From positions 19,282,001 to 19,346,000 of the forward strand of contig NC_045713.1 of assembly GCF_009834535.1 (NCBI RefSeq): DNA of 64,000 nucleotides. The letters run 5' to 3'. Origin of the DNA: Camelus ferus (Eukaryota). This document shows, piece by piece, positions 1-13,199 of the stretch. The position numbers and the translations under genes were made by a program. Numbering within the stretch: the first letter of the stretch is position 1; each line of letters starts with the position of its first letter. The notes below the pieces were generated by a model. It made no database searches. It saw only the letters and a program-made list of their open reading frames with translations, and was not told the origin of the DNA.

Positions 1-289
1 AAGGGGTCCTGAGAGAGCAGCCTGAGGAAGGGTGGGCAGGGGCAGGTGGAGCTGACGTGATGAACAGGCGGCACGTCCACATGCCGGGCCCTGGGCTGAG
101 GGCTTCATGTGACCAACCAAGATGGACACACGAGATCTTCAGCTTTTTTTGACCAATAGCTCAGAGGACAGGACCATGCCAGCTCTAGGAAGAGGAAGAG
201 AGCTCCCCTAACTGGGGGACTGTCCTTGCAAGACCTGGGACAAGTCACCTGGGGTCATGCTTGCCCGGTGGGGAGGGGACGTGCCGTAC

Positions 290-3200
290 CTGCAGGGCCT
301 GGGACAGTCGTACGAAATCTCTCTGCACCTGCTCACTGGTCTCCAGCTCAGCCTGCAGCCGCAGCACTTTTGCCCTCTGTTCCGAGAGGAGGTCTGTGAG
401 CTGGGCCTGGGAGGATAGGACACAGAGCTGGGGTTTTGAGCCGAAGAAACTGGATGTCTGGATAGGGTAACCCCTTGGACACCACTCCTGACCCTGACCT
501 CTTCTGTGCGGCCTGAGCCTGATGGCTGCCTTAGGACTTCCTGCCGCCTGGACTGAGGGAGACATAAAGGGCAGCAGGGGCCGGTGAGGGTCTTCTTCCT
601 GCTGCCACCCCTCCCCCGTCATCCCGGCCTGGCCCGGGCCAGCCTCACCTTGCTCTGCTCCTGCTGGACCCGCTCCATCTCCATCCTCAGGCTGCACAGG
701 GAGGCTGGGAAGTCAGGCAGGGCCAAAATGTCAGGCTCACACCCTCTCTCCTTCTCCGCCCCACCCGGCTGGGGACAGGCTCCAGCCCATACTCACCCTC
801 TAACACCTCTGTGCAGAAAGGAAAGGAAAAGAAAGGAAAGAGGTCAAGGCTCGTTCTGGGACTGCGCCCCCTCTCCCTTCCCAGCACCTCAGGGGTGGGG
901 TGGCTCCCCTCCCCCTCCCTCACCTGTCTCCTCACGCTGCACCCTCAGCTGCCCCTTCAGGCTGGCCCTTGCTGCTGTCTCCTCCTCCAGCGCCTCCCGC
1001 AGCGTCACAATCTCAATCCGCAGGCGCTCAGCCTCGTGCTCCCGGGCCTGCTGATGGGCCCGCGCCTCCTGCCGCGTGCGGTGTACCAGCTGCTGCAGCT
1101 CCTAGAAGGATGCAAGTCATAGGCTGGGCAGGGAGCAGATGCCCCAGGAACCAAGCGGCTAGATGGAGACTGTGGGGAGGGGAAAGGAATGGAGGAAGGA
1201 AGAAAATGTTAAAGGGGAAACAACCTGAATGCCCACCACGGGGAGACTAGACAAACACACTGGACAGCAAGGAATATTTTACTGCAGCACAACCCCTCGG
1301 GTGGCGGACCCTCAGGAGTGGTGCTGATTGAAAGTTCCAGGAGATTACCCAGAGCAAGATTCTGAGCTTTTATAAAGTACTCCACGATTTAGGCAGTCAG
1401 GTATATGTAGTAAAAAACAATACCTAAGAGTGGCAAAGGAATGATAAAGCTCAGGAAGCAGAGACAGAGCCAAGGAACACCGGGTGGGTGGGGGCACATG
1501 TAAGGAGATATGTAAATTGTAGTTCTCAGGGTGGGTGAGGGTTCTGGGTGATCATCATATTTTTAATAATTCCATCAACAAAGGCCATGCACAGATCAAA
1601 TGATGACAGCTTGCTATGAACCAAAGATTACAATGAATTCAATTTTGTGGACCTCATGTCACTTAAAAATAACAAACCAAATTACTGCTTCCTTGGTGTC
1701 AAGCATTCTGTTAACTTACTTTCTGTCCATGCCAGTGCTGGAAAGGGGATATGGTCCCATTTTGCAGAGGAGGAAATTGAGCCGTAGAAAAGTCAAGTGA
1801 GTTGGCCACAGTGACATAGCTAGTACACAGCAGCCTGGGTCTGTCCCCGAGTCCCATGAGCTAGGGCCAATGCTTTGCTGCACGTGGAGAGAAAGGGCCC
1901 GCAACAGGCTTACCGGCAGTGAGCTGGGCAGCGGCTCCTCCTGGCCCTCATCCTGCTCCAGGCCCCGGGAGACTGAAGACGGTGGCTGCTCAGCCCGAAG
2001 CCCTTGGTTTTCCTCAGTCAACCGCTTTACCTCGTGGCTCAGGCACTTGTGGGAGGTGGCCAGCTCTGCCTGGGGACAGACAGTTAGTATGAGGTGATGA
2101 GGGGACAGGGATCTCCAGTCTCCTGTGAGGCCAAACCCTGAACACTCTTCCCAGACACTAGAAGGAGAGCCAGGAAGCCCACGCCCTCCTTCTCAGCCAT
2201 GAAAGGAAGAAACACCCTTTAGTAAGTGTCTGTGGCTCCCAAGCTCTTTCTACACCCTCCTTGATGACTCAGAGGTCACAAAGTGGCCAGCACAGGCCAC
2301 ATTGGGTGTTTTATTTGGTCTATACAGATGCTTTTAATTTTTTAAATGTTTTAAATTTTTTGATGGAGGTACTGGGGATTGAACTCATGCTAAGCAGGCA
2401 CTCTACCACCGAGCTATTACCCTCCTCCCCATACAGATGTTTTTAAACCTTAAATTAGTGCCAATTTTAAAAACTGGGAGACTGCACATAAATATACAGA
2501 TCTCTGGCTTCTCTTGACAAATGAGAAAACTCGGCAGCACCAAGCCTGCACTCCTACCCCCTCCAATGAGTGGAGTCGAGGGGCATGAGCCCCCTTTATA
2601 GGGTCCCTTGGTTTGCCCTGCTATTCCCTCCTGCCTCACAGCTGGTCCAGTTCAATCATCTGCCTCTCCAGTCTGGTTTTGGGAAGTATCTGATTCTGCA
2701 ATCCCTGCTTTTAATCCTTACAACTCTGCAAGCGAAGTCCCATTATCTCAATTTCAAGGCGGCAAGGCTGAGGCTCTGAGCTTGTGGATTAGCTCAAGAT
2801 CACAGAGCACGGTGGGCTCTGTCTGAATGCAGGGCCGGGTGCCCTTGAAACCCTTTTACCCACCTGGCACCAACTCCGGGGCAAAGTTAGAGCGGCTGGA
2901 GGGGAGGAGGGCAGGGCACAGGACAGGTGTCTCAACCTTCCACGTGTCCCCCTCAACCAACTGCCGGCCCACTCCTCTCCCGCCTGCCCTGGCCCCCAGC
3001 CCTCACCATCTGCAGCTGAACCCGCTCCTGGGCCTGGCTCACAGTCCCCTGCAGGGTCCGCAGCAGCTGCTCTGAGTTCTGGACCTGGGCCAGGAGCACC
3101 TGCATCTGTGGGTGGAAGCGGGGGCAAGGGTGAGGCCAGGGCCCAGAAGGAGGCAGGCAGTAGAGGCTGCATGGGACTGGAGCAGAGGCTGAGCCCACCT

Positions 3201-6200
3201 GCTTGGCGCAGTCCTCGTTGCTCCGTCTCAGGCCCTCCTGCAGCTCATCCCGCTCCCGGCTGATGCTTTCCAGGTCCTTCTGCAGCTGCCGCCCCTGCCA
3301 CAGACCCCGGCCTCAGCCTCAGCCTCCAAGGGGAGGCCTCCCTCGTCACCAGGCCTCTCATGCCTGGCCTCCCGCACCTCGGTGGGCAATGTCGTCATCC
3401 GCTCAGTCGCTCAAGCCAAAAGCCCAGGAACTGATGCTGACTCTTCTCTCTTCCGCTGTTCCCCAGGTCCAACACACCAGCAAGCCCTGCCCCGTCAGCC
3501 TCCAAAGTGGATTTCAAACCCACTCACTCCTCTCCATCTCTGCTGCCAGCTCCCGGTCCACCTTCCTCTAAATGCTGTAGAGCATCTCTCTCCCAACCGG
3601 TCATCCTGCTTCCCTCGTTGCCCCCTCCTACGATGACAGTCCATTCCTACACAGAAGCCCATGTGATCTGTTAAAAGCCTAAAGCAGAGCAGGCCTCGCC
3701 CTGCCTTAAACTCCACCGAGGCTTCCCACAGTCCCCGAGGCCGACCTCCTACAGCCCCTGCCTGCCTTTCTGATCTCATCTCTCTTCTCCTTGGTGGCCT
3801 TGCTGCTCCCCAGATGCACCATGGTCTGTTCATCCTCTGGGCCCTGGAAATTCAGTTCCTTTGGTCCCCAATCTTCGAGGAACACCTCTTTTTTCACCAT
3901 CTAAGCCTTAGTCTCCTGCAGGGCCAGTCTCCACCCCGTGACCCTACTGAGTCTTGTTCTGGGCATTTCACCCTGTGACCCCATCTTCCTCATGTGCCCC
4001 TGTGCATGTCTGGCCCTGGTCCCCTCACTCGGAGGAAGCTCCAAAAGAGTGGGGGTTTTCATCTTCACTGTCGAAACCCCAGCTCTAGGTCAGGGCCTGG
4101 ACACACTGGGTTCTCAGTAAGTGCTTGGTGAGAGAGAGACGGATGCATGCAAGTCGGCAGGCTGCTCCCCACGCTCTACTCACCTCCATCTGCAGCTGCT
4201 CCCACTGGTTGTCTGGAACAAGCTGGTAACCAGGAGGGGGCAGGTAGATGCCCTCAGGGACCAGGGTGCCCGTGGACACCAGAGAGGCGGTCTCTTCCTG
4301 CTCAGGGCTCAGGCCCTGGCGGCTACGGGGCAGGGAGGCGCTGCTGCCAGCCCCGCCACCCAGGGAGAAGGAGGAGATGGAGGCGCTGTCGTCACAGTTG
4401 TGGGCGAAGGCCTCGGCTGCCGTGCCATCCCCACTCAGCTCCTCAAGAGGCTCCAGCGGAGGAGATGGGTCCCGGGACAGGAGCAACTCCGTGGAGCCAT
4501 GCAGGGAAGGGGGATGCTGGGGACGTCTCTACGGAGAGGGGACAGGGAAGAGGCTTGGGGGCCAGGGTCCTGTGGCATCCCTTCTTCCCGTGGTGCCCCC
4601 TGGCCGCCCCCTCACCTGGATCTCCTGGATCAGCTCCTCTGCCTTCAACAGTTTCGCCTTCAGCTCCTCAATCTCTTGCTCCATGGGCAGCACGATCTCC
4701 CGCAGCTTCTCTGAGTCCTCGTGGGCCTGAGGATGGGGGGATCGGGCCTTGACAGTCCCCACTCCTGACTGCAGGACCCTCAGAACTGCTCAGATCTTTC
4801 CCTCCAAGCATATCAGCTCGTCTAATCCTCCCAAGAAGACGCCATTCACGCCCATTTTAGAGAGAAGAACACAGAGGCTCTGAGAGCTCACATGGCTTGC
4901 CTAGGTCACACGGTAGGCAGCCAAAGTCACAACCACCTTCCTGTTGCCCACTTGTAGAGTGACATAGTTTTCTTCCCCAGCATCATTTGTCCTTTTCTCT
5001 TTTACCTTAGAGCCTCACATTTTTAGCTGGGCTCGTGGCCTAAATTCTAGAACATCAGCTACCTTTCTCAGCTTCCCTGTAAACTAAGCAAGGCCATATG
5101 ACTAAGTTCCAGCTAATGAGATGTAGGTTGATGTGCCAGGCACAACTCCTCAAACGGCGAGGGTGTGCTTTTCTTTACTCCTCCTCCTCTTGCTGGCTGA
5201 GTTGTAGACATGATGGCTGGCACTCAAGCAGTCATCCTGGACCACAAGGCAGTTAGATACCTATGGCAAAACAGCAACATAGGAGGAGCCTGGGTTCCTA
5301 CTGACTTGTTGAACTGCCACATCAGTCCTGAAATGTCTACCTCTGGACTCTAAGAAAAACAAACTTCTATCTTATTTAAGCTACTGTTGATTTGGCTTTT
5401 CAAACTTTGTCCTAACTGATATGTCCTCCCATATTTTCATCGCCACCATATTGCTGGCCACTTCTTTTCAGTCTCTTTTTCAGGTTTGGGAGCCTGCTGA
5501 ACTTGCAAAGCCAAAGTCCCTGGATAGCTCCACTTGGATGTTGCACAGGCTCCTCTATCCTAGTACAGCCAAATGTGACTCAACTCATGATGCCATTCCT
5601 CCTCTTACAGGCACTAGGTCAGCAAAAAAGACCCTGCTATTCACCCAGCTATCCAAGACAGAAATCTGCCAGTCACCCAACCTCTTCCAATTCATGCCAT
5701 TTCTACCTCTTGAATCTCTCAAAAACCTGTCTCAGACAAGCTCAGTTTAACCCTCCAAATCTCTTATGTGAACAGTGGCAATAGGTGGGATGAGCCCGTA
5801 TGGCCTAAACAAAACACCTGTGATCCCATCTGAAGCTCTAAAATACATGCTCTGCAGATGCCCACGTGATGGATGGGTGATGGCTAGATGCAGGCATTGG
5901 GCCAGGGCTGGAGCTGCTTGCCTCTGGGCCTGTGGCTCCTTCTGCTGTACCAGGCGGCTTTAATTTACCCTCTCCTTCACCACCCCCACGTAACTGCTCC
6001 CCGAGGATCACTCTAAATGCAAGCAGCAGCCTCTGGTATGAAACTGGGGCTTGGAAGCCTTCCCTTCTGGGGCTTCCTGTTTTGATCTTTGTCTTTCTAT
6101 CCATTGATTTATTCCATCTCCCTGAGCCTCAGTTTCCTCACATATAACATGAGGTGAGTACCTACCTCACAGGGCTGCTGTGCGGCTCAAATGAGGGAAT

Positions 6201-9200
6201 GATGTGAACTTGCTTTGAAACATGAAGACTCTGGTAATATGTGCTTACGATTGTTCATGACAATAAGAATAAAGGAGGAGATATACCATTGAGATTAAGA
6301 ACAAAACTTTAGAACCAGACCGCCTAGATTTTTAAATCCCAGATCTGCTCCTTTTTATGTGCACAACCTGGGGAGAACTACTAAGCTTCTCTGAGCCTCA
6401 CCTTACTCACCTGTTTAGTGAATCTAATGGATCTCTCTTTCAAGGGAAAGACGGGAGACTGAGTGTGTCAAGCAGTTTTCACAGTGCCTAGTGCATGAGA
6501 GGTATCCTTAAATGTTAGCTCCCCTCCTCCTACATGACTTTCCTCAATTGTGGAGGTAAGCAAACCTGGTCCAGGACCACGCTGAGTACGGGGCTAGGGT
6601 GTGCTATACTTAGAATGATCACTGGGTGCCCTGTTCCCAGTGATGTGGCGATGGGATACCGACAATCCCTCTGCCCCATGGTCACCTTTGGCTGCCTCAA
6701 CATCTTTCCAAATCCCAGGGTGGAGTGGGGAGGAGAGGAGAAGGGCAGGCCATCCCAACCCCAACCTTTTCCATCTGCTTCTCCAAGGAGTCTAGGGGGT
6801 GGGCCCGGGACAACAGCTGCTTCAGGCGCCCCAGCTCCCGCTCCTTCTCCTCACAGTCTTGCTGCTGCTGCTGCCGTTCCTGCTTCAGAGAACTGATCTG
6901 GGCTTCATAGCTGCTGATGGAGTCTGGCAGGGCAGGAAGGGCAGAGGAGAGGGAGGGTCAGTGCGCCGGCCCTACCTGGGGGTGAGTGGGGGTGCTCGCC
7001 ATCACTGCGGCTCTCTACCAGGCAATCCACCACAGTGGTGAAGACAGGGGGCTTTATGGCAGGTGGTCCTGGGCCATCAGTTAGCCTCTCTGCATAATGT
7101 CTTCAGCTAATGATTATCCCACTGGCTTGTTATATAGGATCAAATGACATGACATGTGGAAGGTGTTCAGCCCTCTTCCTGGTACATAATAAATGCTAAA
7201 GATAGGCTCTGTTTCTATTAATACATACCAATAACAATCAATATCTAATTACTAACTACTATATATAAAATAGATAAATAGCAAAGTCCTACTGTATAGC
7301 ACGGGGAGCTACTTTCAATACCCCTTGTAATAGCCTATAATGAAAAAGAATATGAAAAGAAATATATATATGTATAATTAAGTCACTATGCTGTACATCA
7401 GAAATTAACACAACATTGTAAACAAATTATACTTCAACTAAAATATATATATATATAATAATAGTCATAAATATTTACTCTGGGCCAGACTCTGAGCTGG
7501 GCTCTGGAAATAGAGAAATTGATCAAATACAAACCCTGACACCAGGTGCCCACAGTCCAATGAGGAAGACAGCCAGGGAAATAGTTACGAAGCAACAGGA
7601 GAAGAGCTGTGAGAGGACCTTTCCTAGGCTTGTGGATCCCAAAGGAAGGAGCCCCTAACTCTGCCTCCCTGACACTAGCAAGTGGTGAAGGAGGGAAAGG
7701 ACACATTAAGTAACAGGAGCAAAGTTTCAGAGGTGGGAAAGTGGATGGTGTGGCTGGGGCGCAGTGAGCGTGTTGGAAGATCTGGAGTGAAGGTGCACAG
7801 GGAGATGCTGGGAGAGGTGGAGAGGGTGGCAGTGCATGGCTGCCAAGGCTTTGAATGCCATGCCAAGGAGTTTGGAATTTATCTTACAGGTCAGCGGGAG
7901 GTGGAGGTGGTGGTGGGTGGAACATGGTCAGTTTTCATTTGCATAGTTATTAATTTTAGCATGTACTAACATTAAAAGTAAAGGTTCTGTTGCCAGAGTG
8001 CCTAGATTTAAATCTTCTGCTACTTTCTAGCTGTATCACCTTAGGTAAGTTATCTAACCTCTCTGGGCTTCAGAGCTTCCTCTGTAAAGTAGACAGAGAT
8101 AATAGTTCCTACTTAGAGAGATTGCTATGAAGATTAAGTACTCATAAAGCATCTAGCTCAATGCCTGGCATATAGTAAGTGCTTAATAAATGTTAGTTAC
8201 TAAAATTATTATTATTGTTATTTAGAATACTGTTTCTTGTAGGGACAGAAAATTTCCTTTAAAATAAAGGTATATACGTTTTATAAAAGTGGATTTATTC
8301 AAAGAACAAATATTAAGTAGACAACAGGGTAAGTCATAAAAGGAGACAACCATGTTGCACAGGTGGTACGTGGATGCCTGAAATGTGGGAAGTATGACCC
8401 CAGATAAGTCTGGAGCCAAGAGTGGTTGTTAGAAAGGGAAATGACATGGTGGGATGGGAACTGTAGGATGTCTACTCTGGAAGCCAATGTCAAGGTCAGA
8501 CTATAGAGGGAGCCTTGTAAGAAGGCTGGGGCAACAGTCCAGGGGACTTGACGAGAGCTTCGCTACAGCAGTGGCAGTGGAAGCGGAGGGGTGGGATGGG
8601 ACTGGAAGCTATTTCAGAGGCTCTGGCCTCTGACTAGAGGAGGAGGGAGAAATAGGAAAAGAAGCTGGGGGATCTGGGGCGAGGGGTGCTGATGCAGCCC
8701 AGTACAGAGGATGTGATGGAGGGAAATCTATGCATGTGGGTGGGGAGGGTGTGTGTCGATGTAGGGGTGCTGGGGAAGAAAGGAAACCAATTAGACTTAG
8801 AGACTAGGCCAAGGGCTGAGTATGCTGGCCAGAGGCTCAAATGAGCTCTCAAGGAACTGAGAAGTTGCTCACTTTCAGGGCTGATCAGTCATCAGTAAGG
8901 GACAAGAAGTGACAGGGGGCCAGGGAATGGGTAGAAGCTCCGAGCTAAACTTAGCTGGAATTGACAGAGCTGCTGCTAGCACAGGCAGCACCTCTATGTA
9001 AATCAGAAAAGGGCGCCTCTTCCTCTCAGCCCCTGGGCCTGCTCGGTGCCAGGCAACGCTGCTAACCTATCCCATAGCTTATCTGCCATGACCCCCTTCC
9101 TTGTTATGCACTCCCGCTTAGGGGGCCAAGGGAGCCTGGGAGGAGCGCTTGCCTCACCTTTCAGGATGGCCTGCAGGGAGGCCACCTCCTCTTGGCATTG

Positions 9201-9896
9201 CCGCTGCACTGCAGCCACAGCCTCAGCCTTTGTGCTCTCGCTCACCTCGGCCACAGCCTTCATGGTTTCCATTTCTGCCAGGGCGGCTGCCAGCTCAGCC
9301 CGAAGCCGGCCGAGCTCCCCTGACTCAGCTTCAACTTCTGCCCCATCCTGGGGCTGGGGACCCAGCACTGTGGAGGACAGGGATCAGCCTGTTTTCTCAT
9401 CACTCTCGGATCCCCAATATTCCCAAATCTGCAAATCCTGCAACTAAGTACTGCAGCCATGGTCCTTGCACCTTCATCTATCCCCGCCCCTTCCCCACCT
9501 CCTCCTCACCTAGCTATGCTGTCTGCTGCCTAGAGCCCCGCCTCTTTCTCCCTAGGTTCACCCAATCCCCTCTTTTCTCTGATACGACCCCCTCCCTTCC
9601 AGTGGCCCCGCCCCTTGCCCACCAGGCCCCTCCCCTCCCTTAGAGGGCCCCACCTCTAACCTGCCACTGGCCCACCCCCTGGAATCGCAAGACCACGCCC
9701 CCTCCGGCTCTTTGCCGGGGCGTGGTCCCGCCCCTTTTTCCAGACTCCCCTCACCATCCCCCATCCACCAGTGCCGAGCTCGGCCCCGCCTCCGGTCTCG
9801 CAGCCCCTCGCGTGCATGGACGCACCGTCACGTACCGGCTCCCGGCTGCCTCCGCCGGTCATCCTCGCCCGCGGCCGCCGGCGCAGCTGCCGCCAT
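290..9896 (-). CDS. RABEP2: Rab GTPase-binding effector protein 2 (rabaptin-5beta), exons 1-12; last coding exon lies beyond the window start
   Basis: Minus-strand exons with GT-AG ends and continuous frame: 9896-9836, 9367-9158, 6923-6766, 4726-4616, 4528-4184, 3294-3199, 3105-3007, 2069-1914, 1101-924, 808-797 (12 nt), 704-649, 406-290. Peptides match RABEP2: MAAAAPAAAGEDD, AELAAALAEMETMKAVAEVSESTKAEAVAAVQRQCQEEVASLQAILK, AHEDSEKLREIVLPMEQEIEELK, LSRDPSPPLEPLEELSG, AQLTDLLSEQRAKVLRLQAELETSEQVQRDFVRLSQALQ. Confidence 0.97.
2332..2430 (-). mobile_element. tRNA-derived SINE (camelid Vic-1-like)
   Basis: Antisense GGAGGTACTGGGGATTGAAC...CTCTACCACCGAGCTA with T-rich tail; flanking direct repeat ATACAGATG(C/T)TTTT at 2322 and 2431. 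Confidence 0.85.
4985..5420. mobile_element. MaLR (MLT1-type) LTR fragment in RABEP2 intron
   Basis: Typical MLT1 motifs (GGCCATATGACTAAGTTC..GCTAATGAGATG; AACTTCTATCTTATTTAAGCTACTG), recognised from memory. Confidence 0.6.
6090..6530. mobile_element. MIR SINE fragments (representative; similar MIR/L2 remnants near 8000-8200, 11300-11630, 21300-21750, 22370-22500, 31340-31580, 51060-51280, 53560-53740, 56000-56180, 60900-61260)
   Basis: MIR core CTCTGAGCCTCAGTTTCCTCA..TATAA.ATG and AAACTGAGGCTCAGAGAGGT; L2 3' end AATAAATGTTTGTTGAATGAAT. Confidence 0.7.
7245..7455 (+). mobile_element. LINE-1 3' end fragment
   Basis: CCTACTGTATAGCACGGGGAGCTA...TGTACATCAGAAATTAACACAACATTGTAAAC..TATACTTCAA is a laurasiatherian-type L1 3' UTR. 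Confidence 0.8.
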
Positions 9897-10480
9897 CGCC
9901 TCCGCGCAAACGGCGGGTTCCCGCACTCCCTGGTGACGGCGCTCACCGCTTCCGTGTCCTCTCGGCCGTTTCCGGATCCGCTCGGCTGTTTCCGGATGGG
10001 TCCTGGGCTCAGGCTGAGGCCGGAGTTGGGGTGATGGCCGAGCCTCGGCCGGAGATTTCCGAGTCGACGTCTGGCCTCGGTCTCAGGCCCCGCCCCTCCC
10101 CGTCTTCTTCACTGGGTAGCGCTGTTCGAGAAGAACGCCTGTCCTTCACACCATGAACAAGTTTTTTCATCAAAGGCTTTCTGGCGTCCCCACGTGACCT
10201 GGGAGCTCTGCTCAAATTACACTTCCTCAGGACACCCGCCGGCCTCAACCTAAGGAAGGCGAGGCTCTCGCGGTCTCTCCCGAGCCCCGGAGCCGGCCTC
10301 TTGGTCAGTCCTTGGCAGCCCTTCCGCCGGAGCCTGGCTCACATTACAGCGAACTGTGGTCGGGCCTCCCTGTTCCTCATGGAGCCTCATGGAGCGTCCC
10401 TCGGGGCAGGGCTGCTGGGTCCACTTCACTTTTCTGGGCGCCTGGGTCGGGGTCCCCGCGTAGTCAGTCAAACTTCCAGG
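9690..10480 (-). promoter_or_regulatory. CpG island / promoter of RABEP2
   Basis: Dense CpG and GC boxes around exon 1; E-box CACGTGAC at 10191-10198. Confidence 0.75.
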
Positions 10481-12172
10481 TCCCCACCCCTACTTTGATA
10501 CTCAACCAGTCACCGATTCCTGCTAATACCCCCCGCCCCCGAGTGCCTCACAAATCCCTCCATTCCTCTCTCGGCCACTGGCTGCTCTAGGTCAAGCTCT
10601 CATTATCTGTGACCCCTCCCTCCAACAGCTGACCTGATACCTCCTCTTGAACGGTGACTGGCAACTCAAACTTAAGTCTAGAGCCTTGATTCGCCTTCTC
10701 CCAAACCCATTTCTCCCTCTGTAAAGCACACTCCAGGAGCCTGGAAGTCCTTGGTTCTTTCGTGTCCTCCTGTCGTGTGAGATTTACCTCCAAAGGACTG
10801 GATATTCCAGAATGGGTCCCTTTTTCTTCATCTCCAGCGCTGATACCCAACTGCAGTCCCCATCATCTCTCTCCTGAACTTCCACACTGACTCCTGCTCC
10901 CCTTTTGTCGCCTTTTAGCCCCTTTAGTTAATTCTCAAAGCAATTAGAGTGATCTTTGTAAAACATAGATCATGTCTCATCCTGTCTTAAAATCTTCTGA
11001 GTCAATCCTATTTGAAAATGTGCAAAGGACACGAATAGAGATTTCACTGATGTCATGGATGGCAAATATGTGCGTGAAAAATGATAGTCAACATTACTAG
11101 CCATCAGGGAAATGCAAATTTCCTATTTGCACACTACCAGGATAATTAAAATTTTAAAAGATTGGTAACACCAAATGCTGGTGAATAGATGGAGAAACAG
11201 TTTCTCATGTATTCCTGATGGGAATGTAAAATGGTATATCCACCGTGGGAAAAGGGCATCTCAATCTCTTACAAAACTAAACATGATCTTACTTGAACAC
11301 AGCAAGCTTTTCCCCACCCAGACCTTGGCTCAGAAGTCACCTCCTCAGTGAAGCCTTCCCTGACCACCCTGTGTAAGGTAGCTGCCTCTATCATCTGTCC
11401 ACCATTAGATCACATTAGAGACTTCTCACCATCTGAAATTGTGTATTGGTTAACTTATTTATTACCTGTCTCCCTGTAGCTTCCTGTGACCCCAAGACTT
11501 GAATCAGAGCTCCATGAGATTAGGAACCTTGTCTTTCCTGTCCCCTATTATTTTCCCAGCACCCAGTACAGTGCCCAGTAAATAAGCAGTAGTAAATAAA
11601 CATTTGATGAATGAGTGAATGAACACTTTCCTTGCTGATCTCTGGCCTCCCTCCAACCTCCTCACCGCCACACATCAGCTAGGGGGAGTTTTAGAAAATG
11701 CAAATCTAACCGGGTCAATTCCTGGCTTATAAATCCCCAAGAACTTCTTGCCCTCAGAATAAAGTCCAGACTCCCCATATATGTGGCAAGGTTTATTGGA
11801 AAGAGGGTGTAATGATGACTATAAATTAGGCTCCAGTCAACTATCAGGCTTGGATTTTATCCTGAGACCCCAGGAGTCTTCAAAGGCTATTGAGCAAGGG
11901 AAGCATTTGGCTAATTCCAAGGAAACTGTGTGTGGAATGTGGATGAGAAGTAAAAGAGATAGAGGACAGAGAGCCCACAAAAGAAGCTGCTGAGATGGTT
12001 ATGGTTGAGAAGGGAAGAGTCCAAAAAGAGAAGAAAATTCATTCTAGAAATATTGAGGGTAGAAAACAGACTAGCTTTGGTGACTGAGTGCATGGAGAAA
12101 AGAGAAAAGTTTTCTTTCACTCTTCCTAACTTCCTTCTTTTTTTTTTTTTTTTTTTTAATTGATGTATAGTT

Positions 12173-12722
12173 TGTGGAGCCGGCTGGCTGGCATTCTCTA
12201 AAGCTACTCTGAAGTCCATAAAACCCCCACTCCTGGGCTCTCCATGTGCCTGGGGCCCACTGGCACCCTTAACCCCCACCCCCTACTTCAGGACCCTCCA
12301 CATACCTGCATTTCTGCAAGACAAAAACATCTCCCTTGACGTGTGTTTACCCTAACAAAACTAACCACCCCCAGAAAATGGCCAGTCTCACAACACCCTA
12401 GGCAGACAGGCCTCAGGGCACATCTGCCCTTATGAGAGCCGTAAATCCCTTTCCTCAGAGTAGCCCCTGACAAGTCTTACAACCAATCAGGTAGCTGTGC
12501 ACAAACTTATCGTGCAGCCCCCCTGCCCCTTGTGTTCACAGTCCCTTCCCCCCAATAAAAGACCCTGCATCTTCACCCTCGGCGCTCACACCTCTCGTCT
12601 GTGTGTCCTGCTGTTGCCTAGAGCAGTGTATCTATTAAACTTTTCCTTTGTTTCTTAAACTGTCTTTTGTCTCTGGTAAATTCTTTTACTGCCCACGAAC
12701 CTGCCTGCTGTGTCCCCCAACA
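12173..12722 (+). repeat. ERV 5' LTR (550 bp)
   Basis: TGTGGAGCC...CCCCCAACA; CCAAT 12483-12487, TATA-like AATAAAA 12554-12560, ATTAAA poly(A) signal 12634-12639; direct repeat of 20500-21045. Confidence 0.95.
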
Positions 12723-12724
12723 TC

Positions 12725-12742
12725 TGATGGCCCGCATGGGGA
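12725..12742 (+). promoter_or_regulatory. Primer-binding site, tRNA-Ile(AAU)
   Basis: TGATGGCCCGCATGGGGA versus the complement of the tRNA-Ile(AAU) 3' end, TGGTGGCCCGTACGGGGA: 15/18 match, 2 nt after the LTR. Confidence 0.8.
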
Positions 12743-13199
12743 CTTTCTTTCTCCTCTCTCCCCTCCTTACGGGGGTCTCCCTCTGGCTTGATTGGAAGCT
12801 CCATTCTGGGAGGCCAGATCGCCAGAGCAGGCTTCCCTCTTCCCTTTCTGCTTTTCTTTCCTCTCTCACACTTTCCTTTCTGCTGCTCCCTGGCATTTGG
12901 GACTTGCCCTAAGTCTTGCCGAGAGAATTGAGGAACTTTGGCTGGGCGATTCTCAGCGGGCTCTAAAACTCGGTCTGACAGGCAGGACTGACCCCCTGGC
13001 CCTCAGCCGTGAATGCACACAGGAAATGTCTTTTCTAAATACCTCTGCTCCTTTACTCCTTGCTACTACATATCCCATGCCTGGGCCAAAGGGACTTTGT
13101 CTCTTGTCGGGGAAAGCACACATAAGAACTGGTCATCTGGTGCCTTGAGACACCCAGGACCCTGTCTCCTGGTCAGCCCCAGACACGTAATAGGGTAAG

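Noticed and set aside
11911-12473. Near-duplicate minus-strand ORFs (11911-12279 / 20475-20657 and 12288-12473 / 20615-20800) as a gene family
   Set aside because: They are antisense readings of the two LTR copies, with different lengths and no domain signal.
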